Assembly (NCBI GenBank): GCA_964016885.1
Contig: OZ024742.1
Coordinates: forward strand, 261,330,001-261,394,000
Origin: Eledone cirrhosa
Taxonomy: Eukaryota
Direction of reading: 5' to 3'
Length of the DNA stretch: 64,000 nucleotides
Notes under the pieces: generated by a model
Seen by the model: only the letters and a program-made list of their open reading frames with translations
Databases searched by the model: none
What the model was told of the DNA's origin: nothing
Made by a program: the position numbers and the translations under genes
Shown here: positions 52,321 to 64,000 of the stretch, one piece after another
Layout: every line of letters begins with the position of its first letter
How positions within the stretch are numbered: position 1 is the stretch's first letter

Positions 52321-53789
52321 TATATATGTATGTGTGTGTGTGTGAAATTTTATTGTAACAGATTTTTTTCGTATACTCGCACATGACATGTTTCGCAATT
52401 GAACGGCTGAAAACTAGTGGCGGTTACAAAATACTTTTGCAACATATAACTTGACTCCGATGTAATTAACTCACCAAACATTTACACGAACACTTACACT
52501 TTAGCTCTGTTTGTCTAAAGGTTTTATTTGTAATTTATACATGCATACAAGCCCCTCCCAAATCCCAAAACCTAAATAAAGTGATAAATCACAAAGTAAA
52601 TATAGATTAAAACGAAGAATAACAAGATAAATAAAAAGTTAAATAAAATTACATCTCACGAGTGGATCTTAACTCTACATGGACGTGTAGGATAAACATA
52701 TGGTATAACATAAAGTTGGTAATAAAAGATAAAAATCAGAATCAAAATCGAGATATATGGAGTTGTGATTAATTAGTGTAGAGCCCACAAAAAGATTTTT
52801 AAAAGTACATAAGTCATGTAAAATTTGCTTTATATAATCCAATAAAATTATGAAAATAATCACAAAATTGTAAATAAATAAGAAAAAATATTCTAAAATA
52901 TATTAATTTATGCTCAAAGGTTAATAAACTCTTCTCATCCGACAGACAGTAGACGGATAACAGACTGTTTACCGCACGGTTTATTGCTTCGGTGGGTTGA
53001 AAGCTAAATTTAATAGGGTGACCACAATCAGATATTTTCTGTGGTGTCCTGAATTACCAATTACCAATTGTCACTAAGAACGTATCAGAGTTAGTTCCAG
53101 ATATATTTACGGATCGAAGTCATTCACATAAAAAAGATCTATGATTTAAATATTTCAGATAAAAATGGGAAAAGAAAGAGAAAAAAAAACAGAAAGCAAT
53201 ATGGTGGAATCAGAATGAGAAGGTGAGGCGGTGCTTCATGTAGCTAAAAGAGTAAATAGGAGATACCGAGAGGTGGAAGTAAAATAAGAAGAATATAAGA
53301 GAATGATTAAACAATTTAGTTCATCAATATTGATTACAATCAAGATCACGAATACAATTATTCAAAACATTGAGAGCAAGGCTCGTTAATCGAATTTATA
53401 TAATTCGTGGACTATGTCTGTCAATGTATGCTGAATTAGGAGTGTGCTGTTAAAAGAAGGTGTCATTTTAATCCGACATTCAAAATCATTTGGATATTAT
53501 TACTATTATATCAACATAAATGTCTGAAAAGTACTCTCTGATCAGAGTGTTTTATTTCATACCTTATATGTTATTTTACTATCATGCATGTGTTTGTCAA
53601 TATTTGTTAAGACTGCTACGGTATGTTAATATTGCTCCACCTGTTTGAATTAGGGACAATGTGTGTAGCAAACAATGCTACAATTTATGTCTACAGTTTA
53701 AAAGTATTTCACTTTTTTTTTTTTTTTATTAATTATTAAAAGAGAAGTGAGCGTAATTGAATGCGACGACATTGTTGGAGGGCTACTGA

Positions 53790-54547
53790 GGGTCGAAGAC
53801 AATCAACTAGTCGCTCTTTTCCGCAGAACTTTCGGTTCAGGGCCAATGGAAAACTTCCAGAAATCCCTGGCTTTGCAGTGCTATCGTGAGGAATTGCCGG
53901 TTTACTATAAACTCTACTGACGCGGAAGTACCGAGATGCGCGCAGTGTAATGAAACTGTCCTGCACGCACTTGTCCAGAGTCCGAACAGTGCTGTCATGT
54001 GTAGGACGGATCCGTTGATTGACTGAGTTTATCCTGAAGATAGCCCCACCATTTCCTTTAGTTTAAAAGAGCAGGTAGTTTTCATCTGCCTGGTGGCCGT
54101 GGCGAAAGAGATTGTGGTAGACGCTGCTGAAAGTGTTGGACTGACACTTTCGTCTTCAGCAAGCCCCTGATTTTTTATTCAAGTTTTACTTGAAGAGGGA
54201 AATCAGAATGGGAAGAGAAGTGCTGCATTCCAGCCAGTTTGTTGAAAGGTGGATGAAAATGGTGAGCAAGATCTGTGTATGTGTCTGTAGATTAAAGGAA
54301 AACAACTGGGATGGGGGTACATGCCATAGCGGTTAAGGTGGCTGCGGCTGTATAAGGGTTTTCTCTTCGAGTAACCAATGGAAGTCCCCACCAATTGGGA
54401 ACTTTTGTTTTTAATTTTTACATGTTTGTTGTTCCTGTTATTACACTTTTTACACGAAAAACCCATATTATATCATCCTGAGCCATCATGTGTTGCCTTT
54501 CATGTTTTTCTTTTTTCATGTCAGCCTTTTGTGACTAATAGAGAAAT
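53790..54547 (+). mobile_element. Old Tx1-like LINE 3' fragment
   Basis: GGGCCAATGGAAAACTTCCAGAAATCCCTGGC..GCAGTGCTATCG and downstream blocks align with 25795-26575. Confidence 0.75.
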
Positions 54548-54899
54548 CATCATTATTTATTTGTTTATTTATTTATTTATTTTCCTTGGATATCATTTGC
54601 ATTCACGTGCATCCCACTGGATCTCAATCAGAGGCCTTGAGTATAGGATGGCTTGTTATGATCTATGTTTCTCAGCACCATAGACAACTGATGGTATTTT
54701 GTTGAGCATTTGAGAAAGCAAGTAATTTATCATTGTACATTAAACCAACAATGCATCTTATACACACATATGCACAGACATGAATATACACATACAGAAT
54801 ATTCATAGATTCCAAACGTCTATATATAGTATTTACAGACACATATAATCAATAAAACCAATTAGAGTATTTACATGTTAAACATTCTTTTTACAAATA

Positions 54900-57300
54900 C
54901 ATGCATATTTTAAGAATAACGGGGATTGTGTTTTTAAATCTCTATTTCAAGATCTTTGTACTTCGAAATTTTTTCAATTATTTTAAAAGGTACACTACAG
55001 TCAGCATGAACTTCCATGTCTATCATGTGGCACATTTTGTTTTTATCTTTTATTATGATATTTGGTCTATTGGTTTTGAATGTCCTGTCTATTTGCATTG
55101 TGAAATCCTACAATATTACCAAATTCCCTTACCGGATCAAGATGATGTTCATGCTAGTTTCTTGTTGTTACTTTTGCATATTTTCTAGTAGATGTACTGC
55201 TCCACTTTATCATGTCTGTTTTTGTATTCAGACAATGCTAAGATAGTGCAGGCAAACATTAGGTGGTCCACTGTTTCAATATTTTTGTCTGGTTATTTTT
55301 TCGCAAAATATTTACCTGATCATTTTTTGTGGCAAAGCATTGGTTTTATGCAGCCAGTATGAACCTTTCTGATTTAGCTTTCAGTCCTGATGGGTCTGGG
55401 TTTTGTTTACATCAGCTTACATGGTATGAGTCAAGTACTGGTCATGCAAAGGTTTATCTTGCCATTTTTTCTTCATTTGCTCAAGGGTTGATTCCTTTGC
55501 TTTGAGTTTTGTGGCTTTTACTGCCACTGTTAGCGGTAAATGAGTTTCGAGTGTCTCAACTGTGTTCTTTGTTGTTTTACTGCGTGCATCACCCTATCAT
55601 TGGTTGCTTCAAGATAATGGTGCAAACCAATTGTTGTCTTGTAGGACAGCTCCATTTGGATGAGACGTTTGCCTTCCTCGGATCTGAGCAAGTGGAGTTG
55701 ATCAATGTCCTTGGGGGTGATGCATACGGTGACATGTGAAAAAGTTTACAGATTTTAGTATCACTTCTATTGATTTCTTGTACTATCCAGTTAAAGCTAT
55801 CCTGAACAACAGGTACAGATGAGCTGTTGATCGTAGATTTTCTATTCTTTGAATTGAGCTCAGCGTTGAAAGTAAATCACACTCGCTTATAATACTCCTT
55901 TTTGGCTGTTTCTTTCATTTGGGCGTGACTTATGCCCCCTATATTCACTGGCACCAAGGTATTTGTAGGTCTCCTCTTATTATTGTTTTAGTCTGTGATG
56001 GAACTTGCAGTTAGTTTGCCTTTCTTCAAGGTCAATTTTGCACATTTACCAAGACTAAAATCCATGCTTATGTCATCACTTGAATGTTTTACTGTCTTGA
56101 ACAGACCCTCTAATTTGTTATCATTTTTAAGTGTTCCTTAGTTTACGAAAAAGATAGATTAATACTATACAGAAGAGAAGAGGGGACAGTGAGTATTCCT
56201 AGAATGTTGCTTTGCTTATCGAGATTTCTTGTTAATGTATTGCCCTTTTGATATGATTCGGGTAAGTGTTGTTTTCCATGAACTCATTCTTTGTTTCGAA
56301 ACATTCATAATTATTGGGTATATTTTGTAAATTTCAAGGTATTGAAGAATCCGTGAATGGAGGATACTATCCAGGTTTTGTTGAGACTTCTTTACAGAGC
56401 AATTTTCCAGCATTGTTTTGTTTAAGGGCGGTGGATTGGCAGTATCGGTAGAGGGTCGGACGCCATGCTTTCCAGCATAGTTACGACCCTTTAATTTCTG
56501 AGTTCAAATCCCACCAAGGTTAACTTTTCCTTTCATCCTTACGGGGTCGATAAAATAAAGTACCAGTAATGTACTGGGTAATTGCTGGCCTTGTGCCAAA
56601 AGTAGAAACAATTATTTTGTTTATTAGTTGCTGGTCCTTACAACCATATGATCCCCGTTTGCACCCCTTTTGCTCTGTTAGTAAGATATTGTTTTCTTGC
56701 AGAAATGAGTATACGAGTTTATCGATTATTATGTCAAAAGCTTACATTCTATTTTCGCAGATGATCGACTATTAATTCGACAATGGGTCGGCACAACTGG
56801 TCCAGTTAGCGGAGAAATCTATGAGTATGTAAGTGTGACGAACCACATATATTCATTAGAAAAAGAAAAATGAATGCTTCACCTTTGATAGAGGGATGGC
56901 TTAAGAGGAAGATGTTATTGGTCTGTAATTCTTAGATTCATCAATTTCTTCATTTTGGAGTAAGAGGAAAGTTATTCCTTTAAGATACAGTACCACCAAG
57001 CTATGTGTAGATGTAAGGTGGAGAAACCAAAAGTTTCGCACTTAATCATTTCCAGATGATTTCCATCTTCGAGGTTTCTTCCAAGTAATTTTAACATTTT
57101 CTTTTGTGATAATTTTCCACTCATTCGTACTTTGTGCCACTCAACCCACTAAGCATTTTCATTGTGTTCTTTTGGGTTACTCTAGATGTTTTCCCAGATC
57201 TTTCGTACCTCTGTCATTGATGGTGGATTTTTTATTTCTATTTTTTGTTTTCCTATTTCTTTATAGAACCTCTTGGCATCTGTTTCAAACGATTTTTCAT
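54900..57300 (-). mobile_element. Highly degenerate R4/Dong-like LINE
   Basis: Remnants such as SDDISMDFSLGKCAKLTLKKGK, ETYKYLG, LDSILHSRILQYLEIYKI; boundaries approximate. Confidence 0.55.
56425..56615 (+). mobile_element. SINE family A, full length, inside the old LINE
   Basis: Complete head, B box, body and tail. Confidence 0.9.
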
Positions 57301-57906
57301 TCCACCTTAACCTTTGTGATTTAACTTGTACTTTTTTACTTCAATGTTTCTTTTTATTTCCGATGTATTGTTTATGCCTGTTATTTTGTATTTTTGTATT
57401 TTCATTTTACTTTTCTGGATTTTATGATCGTCGCTTGAACCCCATTTGACGTTTCATAAAGTATGGAAATGTTTCTCCTCACTACCTCTATTTCTTTACT
57501 TTTACTTTCTAAGCAAGCTCTTTATGTCTGTTACGAGTGTTTTTCTTTATTCATGTTCAGTTTTTCGGTTACAGCTAGTCATGTTGCATATACAATGCAG
57601 TTTAGCATACTTATATCGTTATGATCATCAACACTGAAGTATTCTTGTAGTGTTGCATTATATGTGTCAATAATTTTCTTGTTACGCTTTGTGAATTGGA
57701 TTTTTGGTAGATATTTCCTATCATACATTTCCATGTGACTGGCTCTGCGTGCTTCTATTATGTGAAAAAATGTTATCCCGTCTATGTAGACTTGGTATTT
57801 AAGATGCAGAATTAAACATATTCTATGCTAAAGGTAATCTACATTTTTCAGTGATAAAACTTCACCAATCACTATCTTTCTCTCTCAGGGGAGAACGAGC
57901 TGTGAT

Positions 57907-58215
<309 letters not shown>

Positions 58216-58561
58216 TTCAAAATTTAACCATACACAGCAAAGGATGCTCTCAAAGAATAGATTTTCTCTTATTCTACTCTCATTGTTTTTTTTTTTGTTT
58301 GTATACAACTCTGATTTCTTTACAACTTTTTGTACTTTAGCAAACCTGCCTGTTTTTTTTACAGATTTGCAACGTGTATTGTCTTTAATCATTTGTATAA
58401 CTACATCCTGTTCATTATCAACATAGTTTTATGTGTACAAAGATTGCACTAAATATTCCTTTGCATTAATTATTGAAGACTTCTGCTAATTTTGACAGGT
58501 TGGGGACAAATAATGTTCTTCTTTTACTTCCTAGCTGTATATTCTTAGCATAATTTCAAAC

Positions 58562-58589
58562 CCCGAGCAACGCCGGGTAAATCTACTAG
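58562..58589 (+). mobile_element. Helitron 3' terminus (5' end not located)
   Basis: CCCGAGCAACGCCGGG + CTAG|T, same as other Helitron ends in the window. Confidence 0.7.
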
Positions 58590-58615
58590 TCAAATATATA
58601 AGAACCGTAGAGCAA

Positions 58616-58752
58616 ATATTTATTAAAATAACAGATTAAAGTTTAAGCAAAGAATCGCTGCTTTCACCCTTAACGGGATCTTCTGAGGATCCCGTTAAAG
58701 GTGAAAGCAGCGATTCTTTGCTTACACTTTAATCTGTTATTTTAATAAATAT
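58616..58752. repeat. Fold-back palindrome (65-bp arms) of Helitron internal sequence
   Basis: Arms differ at 2 positions; sequence matches single-copy Helitron module at 4596-4660 and 13766-13830. Confidence 0.9.
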
Positions 58753-58777
58753 ATATATATGTATATAATATATATAT

Positions 58778-58841
<64 letters not shown>

Positions 58842-59052
58842 CGTTTCTGAATTTGTTTAGCAAGATTCTTTATCTGAAATCGTGTGTTGAAACCGATATT
58901 GTTATACTTTGGGAGGGTCATGTTGCCAATAAGAAACACACGCACCAGTTGCTTTCACTTCAATTTATTATAATAAATTTATAATAAATTTATAAATTTA
59001 TAAATTTCTGGTTGGTTGGTTGGTTCCACAACCAGATAGTTGTTTATATATT

Positions 59053-59095
59053 GTCATAGTTCTTTCGTCACACACCCTGTGACCTCTTCAGTGAC
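59053..59095 (-). ncRNA. Minimal type I hammerhead ribozyme (predicted)
   Basis: Minus strand: gtca CTGAAGA g gtcac agggtgt gtgac GAAA gaac TA tgac; 4-bp stem I, 5-bp stem II, 2-bp stem III. Confidence 0.6.
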
Positions 59096-59775
59096 TGGGG
59101 ATTCCTTTCTTTGTTTCTGTGCCTCTCCTTTGTTCTGTCCTACGCCATTTTGTATATCCAGGGAGTGTAACGTCCAGTTACTGTAGATTCACGCTGGTGA
59201 GCACTCGATGGATAGATTCACGTCTGTAACAAGGTGTAGAGCCAAACAGAGTGTAAATATTATAATAAAAGAACGATTTGTTATGTCTTCATTACATTTA
59301 TTGATTGGTGACGCGCGTTTCGCTATTGATCAGCTTAAGGTTCGATCTATATTGATCTGGCTCGATATCGGTTTCGATGTATCAGTGTAAACAATATTAT
59401 CAAATATTGAATATTACAATTAGAAAGAATTAAAAAGAATAAAAAATAAAAAATAAAAAATTGAGTGTTGAAGTGGTCTGTTCATCTTTCTTGCGAAGAC
59501 TGGGTCTAAAATGGAACCTTATATATATAGAGAGAGAGGTAGTCATAGTAGTAGTAGTAGAAGTAGTATTGGTATTTGTGTCTTTTCACAGAACAAAATT
59601 ATTTTTAGGAATAGTCTCAATTGTCTTAAAGGATTGGTCAAGAGTTGAGATGGGTGGGGAAGGAAATGTAAGCTAGAGACAATTGGTATAGAGGAGAGAG
59701 GCAAATGGGATTGTCATTCTGTTTTAGGAATATGGTTTTAGAGAGTATGAGTGTGTATGTGTGAGTGTGTATATA

Positions 59776-59833
<58 letters not shown>

Positions 59834-59956
59834 GGAGGTGAGTTTTATTGTAGTACAATAAAGCAATGCAGATATCGGATAAGAAGCACTCTACAATTTG
59901 TAGGACTGGAGTATACATAATATATAAGATCAAAAGATGGTTAAATGAGTTCCATG

Positions 59957-60027
59957 TATTTTATTATGCGCATTTCAAAAACAAATATCATCATGCAATA
60001 ACATTTGTGTTTTCATCAGATAAAATA
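59957..60027 (-). ncRNA. Mirror copy of the 60147-60217 hammerhead
   Basis: Reverse complement within the left palindrome arm. Confidence 0.8.
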
Positions 60028-60146
60028 GGAAGACATGATATGAAGGTTAAAAACACTTGTGGATAGTGCAGTTTTAAATCAACATGATATGTTGATTTAA
60101 AACTGCACTATCCACAAGTGTTTTTAACCTTCATATCATGTCTTCC

Positions 60147-60217
60147 TATTTTATCTGATGAAAACACAAATGTTATTGCATGATGATATTTGTTTTTGAA
60201 ATGCGCATAATAAAATA
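60147..60217 (+). ncRNA. Type I hammerhead ribozyme (predicted) with palindromic stem III
   Basis: tattttat CTGATGA [~16-bp stem II] GAAA tgcgca TA ataaaata; 8-bp stem I, ATGCGCAT palindrome, AUA cleavage triplet. Confidence 0.8.
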
Positions 60218-60254
60218 TATGGAACTCATTTAACCATCTTTTGATCTTATATAT

Positions 60255-60333
<79 letters not shown>

Positions 60334-60599
60334 TTGTTTGTGCGTGTGTGTGTGTGCGCGTGCGTGCTTTAGTTTGTTTGTCACAGGTCTTTTTGTGGTG
60401 GGAAATTAAAAATAAACAGACTAAAGCATCAGTGATGGCTTTCAATCAAAAAATATGTATATGAACAATTTCTTTTTTATTTCGTGGTGTGTGTGTGTGC
60501 GCGACGCCTTTACCCTACGACGCTTTCGTTTAACAAACGACCTTGTTACCGTCATAAGCTGATGACCAAACGGAACACAATTTACAATAGCCAGAACTA

Positions 60600-61630
60600 A
60601 ACTTAAAACGATTCTAGAACAGCATAACAGGAAACAGAATATAATGGAGGTCCAGCAACTGGGGGAAAATCCGCAAATGGCTTGCGTAAGCTCATGCAGC
60701 GCTCACGAAATGGAGAGATTGTATTCTTTCCAGTCTGGCGATGCAACCCCCATATCATCAACACAAGAGAGGTAATACCACAAGAGCATGAAGAAAAGGA
60801 GAAAAAATCCTCAACACTGATATGATGATGTAGACTAGCATAATGCAGCCTAATAAACGGACTGCTAACAACTTCTAGGCCTGGAACAACGACATACCAA
60901 CGCTGTATTGGCTTCGCAAAGACCACAAGGCAAATAGTGACCCAGTCTCATGACCACCAACACGACCAATCTGTAGAGCTAACATTGCTAGCAACTACAG
61001 ACTCTCCTACTTCCCCACCCTGATCATACGCTCTATCATCGAAATGTCCCCAGATATATGCGACAGCACGGCGGACCTCCTCAGCAGAATCAGCCAATGC
61101 AACTTGTCTAGGGACCTAACAGGCTGTACAATAGGTAGCATGGATGTAGTGTCACTATACCCATCCATCGACCTTGATTTTGCTGTGGAAAATGCGTAGA
61201 AATGATCAGCGAGGGCGATGTGGAATTCCGTGGGATTGATACCAGTGAGCTGGGACTCCTACTTAAACTCACATACAATAAGGAATATTTAGACACACGT
61301 GACCTCAGCAGGCTCTGCCTCCACAAGGCCAGAAAGAGGCAGACTACCTACCATTACCTCAATCGCCAAGGAGACCCACACAGAAAGATGGAACGGGTGG
61401 ACCAGAGCCATAAGGACCCCCGAAAACCATGATGAATTAAAGAAAATGGTCGCATATACGGTGGGGGCCAGTATAAAACTGACCCTTAAGGAACATATGT
61501 TCAAGTTTAATGGTAAAACATATACCCAAGAGGAGGGGACAGCCATTGGCATTGCAGGTGACATAGCTAACCTCTTTATGGTATGGTGGGACAGAAAACT
61601 TAAGGAACAATTAGACGACAATTTTATAAC
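60600..61630 (+). pseudogene. Penelope-like element RT fragment, second copy
   Basis: GLRKDHK, PPTRPIC, GSMDVVSLYPSI, HMFKFNGKTYTQEEGTAIG; homologous to 32675-33460; start approximate. Confidence 0.8.
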
Positions 61631-61631
61631 C

Positions 61632-62145
61632 CTGACCACCGTGGACCCTTTCGGCCTCCACCCGCTTTCCTGTCGCCTTTCACGCCATGCTGCCCTCAAC
61701 GAGGTCATAAAGCATGGCTTGGATGCTGCAGGCTTCCCTTCCCAGCTCGAGCCGGTGGGGCTGGACCGAGGGGACAGCAAAAGGCCAGATGGAATGACCA
61801 TCTTCCCGTTCCGCGGTGGCAAACCCCTCGTCTGGGATGCCACTTGCACCGACACTTTCTGCAGTTGCATCCTGGTGCAGTCTGCGACTAACCCGGGTTC
61901 TGCTGCACGTCGGGCTGAGAAGGCCAAACTCCTCAAATACCTGTCGCTCTCCGACAGGTTTGCAGTTGTACTCCTGGCAGTGGAGACTTCTGGTGTCCTC
62001 GGCCCTAGGGCTACCTCTCTACTCACCACCATAGGCGCTGAGCTGGCCAGCCGCAGGTGTGAGCCCCGCGAGTTGGAGTGGCTTTTCCAGCCCGTCTCCC
62101 TTGTCGTCCTCCGGGGAAACGCCTTCTTCATTCCGACCGCCGGGG
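61632..62145 (+). mobile_element. CRE-like non-LTR retrotransposon 3' fragment (restriction-like endonuclease)
   Basis: DPFGLHPLSC..RHAALN..LEP..KRPDG..LVWDAT..AEKAKLLKY..AVETSG..LRGNA; abrupt rise in GC content. Confidence 0.75.
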
Positions 62146-63289
62146 CTGTGTGTGTGTGTGCGTGTGGAGGGGGGGGGCATCGCGTATCATTCCATATTTA
62201 ATTATTGTCGGTATGTGTATGTTTATGTTTTGGATGTTGACGAAGACGTAATTGAGTTAACGAAGACGTTATTAAGTTGACGATGACGGTTTATAAAGTG
62301 ACAAGGCTGGATTTTTAAATTACAGTTGCACTCCATCTAATAGTATATTGTAGATGGCTGAGTATTCCACAAGCACGAGTATCCTTAACATGTGTGTATG
62401 TATATATTATATGTTACGTTTGCAAATGTTATCTATGATGGTAATTAAGTTGGAGACGAGTTTTTGATCGAAAAAGGAAAAGTAGGTTAGTGGAATAAAC
62501 GTAAGAACAAAAGACTGCCAGGTAATGTTGTTGTGCTGGGAATTGTTGCAATTGTTTGACTACTGGGAGATTGGATTCTCATCGACTGACTGCTATTTTA
62601 ACTGATCTTTAAATATACTGTGCTGTTGTCATATATATGTAAGCATGTGTATATATTGTTCTGTTGTCATATATATATATATATATATACGTATGTATGT
62701 AAGTATGTTTACAGTGACAGATAAATTAATCGATATATACAGATACACTGGGTGATATATATAGATATGTGTGTGTACGTGTGTGTATTTGTATGCATAT
62801 ATATATATATATGTATGTATGTATATGCATGTATATTTATATAAGTATATACACCTGAAGCATTGTCGAAATCCCAATAAGATAGGAATGACAGTGTAGC
62901 ATGTCTCTGGGGAGAGAGAAACAGAAAGAGAGAGAAAGACAGGATTGCCACAAAAATACAAAAACTCAATCAAGCTAAATCCCAAACCCAACCAAACCCA
63001 ACAGAAACCATTACAACAACCATTGTTGTAATGGTTTCTGAATAGAATCTTTCATAAAGACGATTGAGATTAACTTCTTTCTACTACAAAGAGAAGGAAG
63101 GGGAGAACATTTAAAAAGACATAATTGTTGTAGAAGAGGTGTGTGGTGGTATAGGTCGAGTGTGGACAAGAAGAGTGTCAGACAATGAGAGAGAGAGGGA
63201 GAAATAAAGACTTACGCGGATGTGGAGAGAAAGAAACGGAGAGGGAGAATAAGAGAGAGAGACTTCCAAAGTGGGTGGAGGATACTAAT

Positions 63290-63735
63290 AATAATAATTG
63301 TTTCTACGTTTTGGTACAAGGCCAGTAATTAACCAGTGCATTACTGGTACTTTATTTTATCGACCCCGTAAGGATGAAAGGCAAAGTTAACCTCGGTGGG
63401 ATTTGAACTCAGAATGGCAAGGGCTGTAACTCTATGCGTCAAAGCATGGCGTATGACCCTCTACCGATACTGCCAATCCACCGCCATACTAATAATTGTT
63501 TCTACTTTAGGCACAAGGCCAGCAAATATCCAGTGCATTACTGGTACTTTATTAATAATAATGGTTTCTGATTTAGACACAAGGCCAGCAATTTTTAGGA
63601 GAGAGGTAAATCGATTAAATCGATTCCAGTACGTGACTGGTACTTTATTTTATCGACCCCGTAAGGATGAAAGGTAAAGCTAACGTTGGCGGGATTTGAA
63701 CTCAGAAGTAAAGGGCCGAAACTCTATGCCGTGAA
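63290..63735 (-). mobile_element. Three tandem SINE A copies (63290-63485 full, 63490-63550 tail, 63558-63735 variant)
   Basis: Family motifs repeated head to tail. Confidence 0.85.
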
Positions 63736-63779
63736 GCAGGGAAGTAAAACTAATGGCTAAAAAAAACATGAATAATTAA

Positions 63780-64000
63780 CATCGAGATGGGAGCAGAAAT
63801 CTCTGCATAGCAAATATGTGGCCCGTAGCAAACAATCTGATGTTGACCAGCAAGCACACCTATCAGTGGCTAAGTAGCTAAAGGCAGAGAGTGAAGACTT
63901 CATCTTAGCTACTCACAATTAAAGCTTATTAACTTGGAACTATGAAGCCAATGTGATGAGAAATAGAAGAGATCCAAAATGCCGATTCTGCAATGATGAG
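63780..64000 (+). mobile_element. R4/Dong-like LINE fragment running off the window end
   Basis: DVDQQA..YQWL..LKAESEDFILA..SLLTWNYEANVMRN..DPKCRFC, the region before the CCHC motif. Confidence 0.6.

Larger units (their letters stand above)
59917..60257. repeat. Near-perfect palindrome, 169-bp arms, 3-nt loop
   Basis: 59917-60085 vs 60089-60257, one mismatch seen. Confidence 0.95.

Noticed and set aside
52378-52460. Minus-strand GC-GAAACATGTC with palindromic stem III
   Set aside because: No CUGANGA core or convincing stem I upstream.
57770-57860. Hammerhead-like fold on the minus strand (CTGAAAA..stem..TAAA)
   Set aside because: Both core segments deviate and no clear NUH site; at best a decayed remnant.

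Overview
AT-rich, microsatellite-saturated eukaryotic intergenic or intronic DNA. The repeat repertoire resembles an octopod cephalopod, but this is an inference from family resemblance, not a database match. I found no host protein-coding gene; most ORFs in the track are translated (TA)n, (CA)n, (TATG)n or (GA)n repeats. The window is almost entirely transposon-derived: about 15 copies of a tRNA-type SINE plus two other SINE families, about 7 non-autonomous Helitrons (one keeps fused RepHel N- and C-terminal remnants), R4/Dong-like RLE LINEs in (CATA)n, a tandem array of Tx1/L1-clade LINEs in (CTAT)n, RTE LINE remnants with short RTE-derived partners, a CR1-group LINE, a CRE-like RLE fragment, Penelope-like RT and GIY-YIG remnants, two solo LTRs and hAT-type MITEs. 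The most interesting signal is RNA-level. Five loci with no evident sequence similarity outside the catalytic core fold by eye into type I hammerhead ribozymes (3226-3307, 3904-4020, 47907-47967, 59053-59095, and a mirror pair within a 169-bp-arm palindrome at 59917-60257). They lie in small direct- or inverted-repeat elements near (TA)n tracts, consistent with several Penelope pLTR or retrozyme-like families. Also notable: an in-frame Penelope-RT/CRE-endonuclease chimera, an RTE ORF ending in three C2H2 zinc fingers, and recurrent fold-back inversions.
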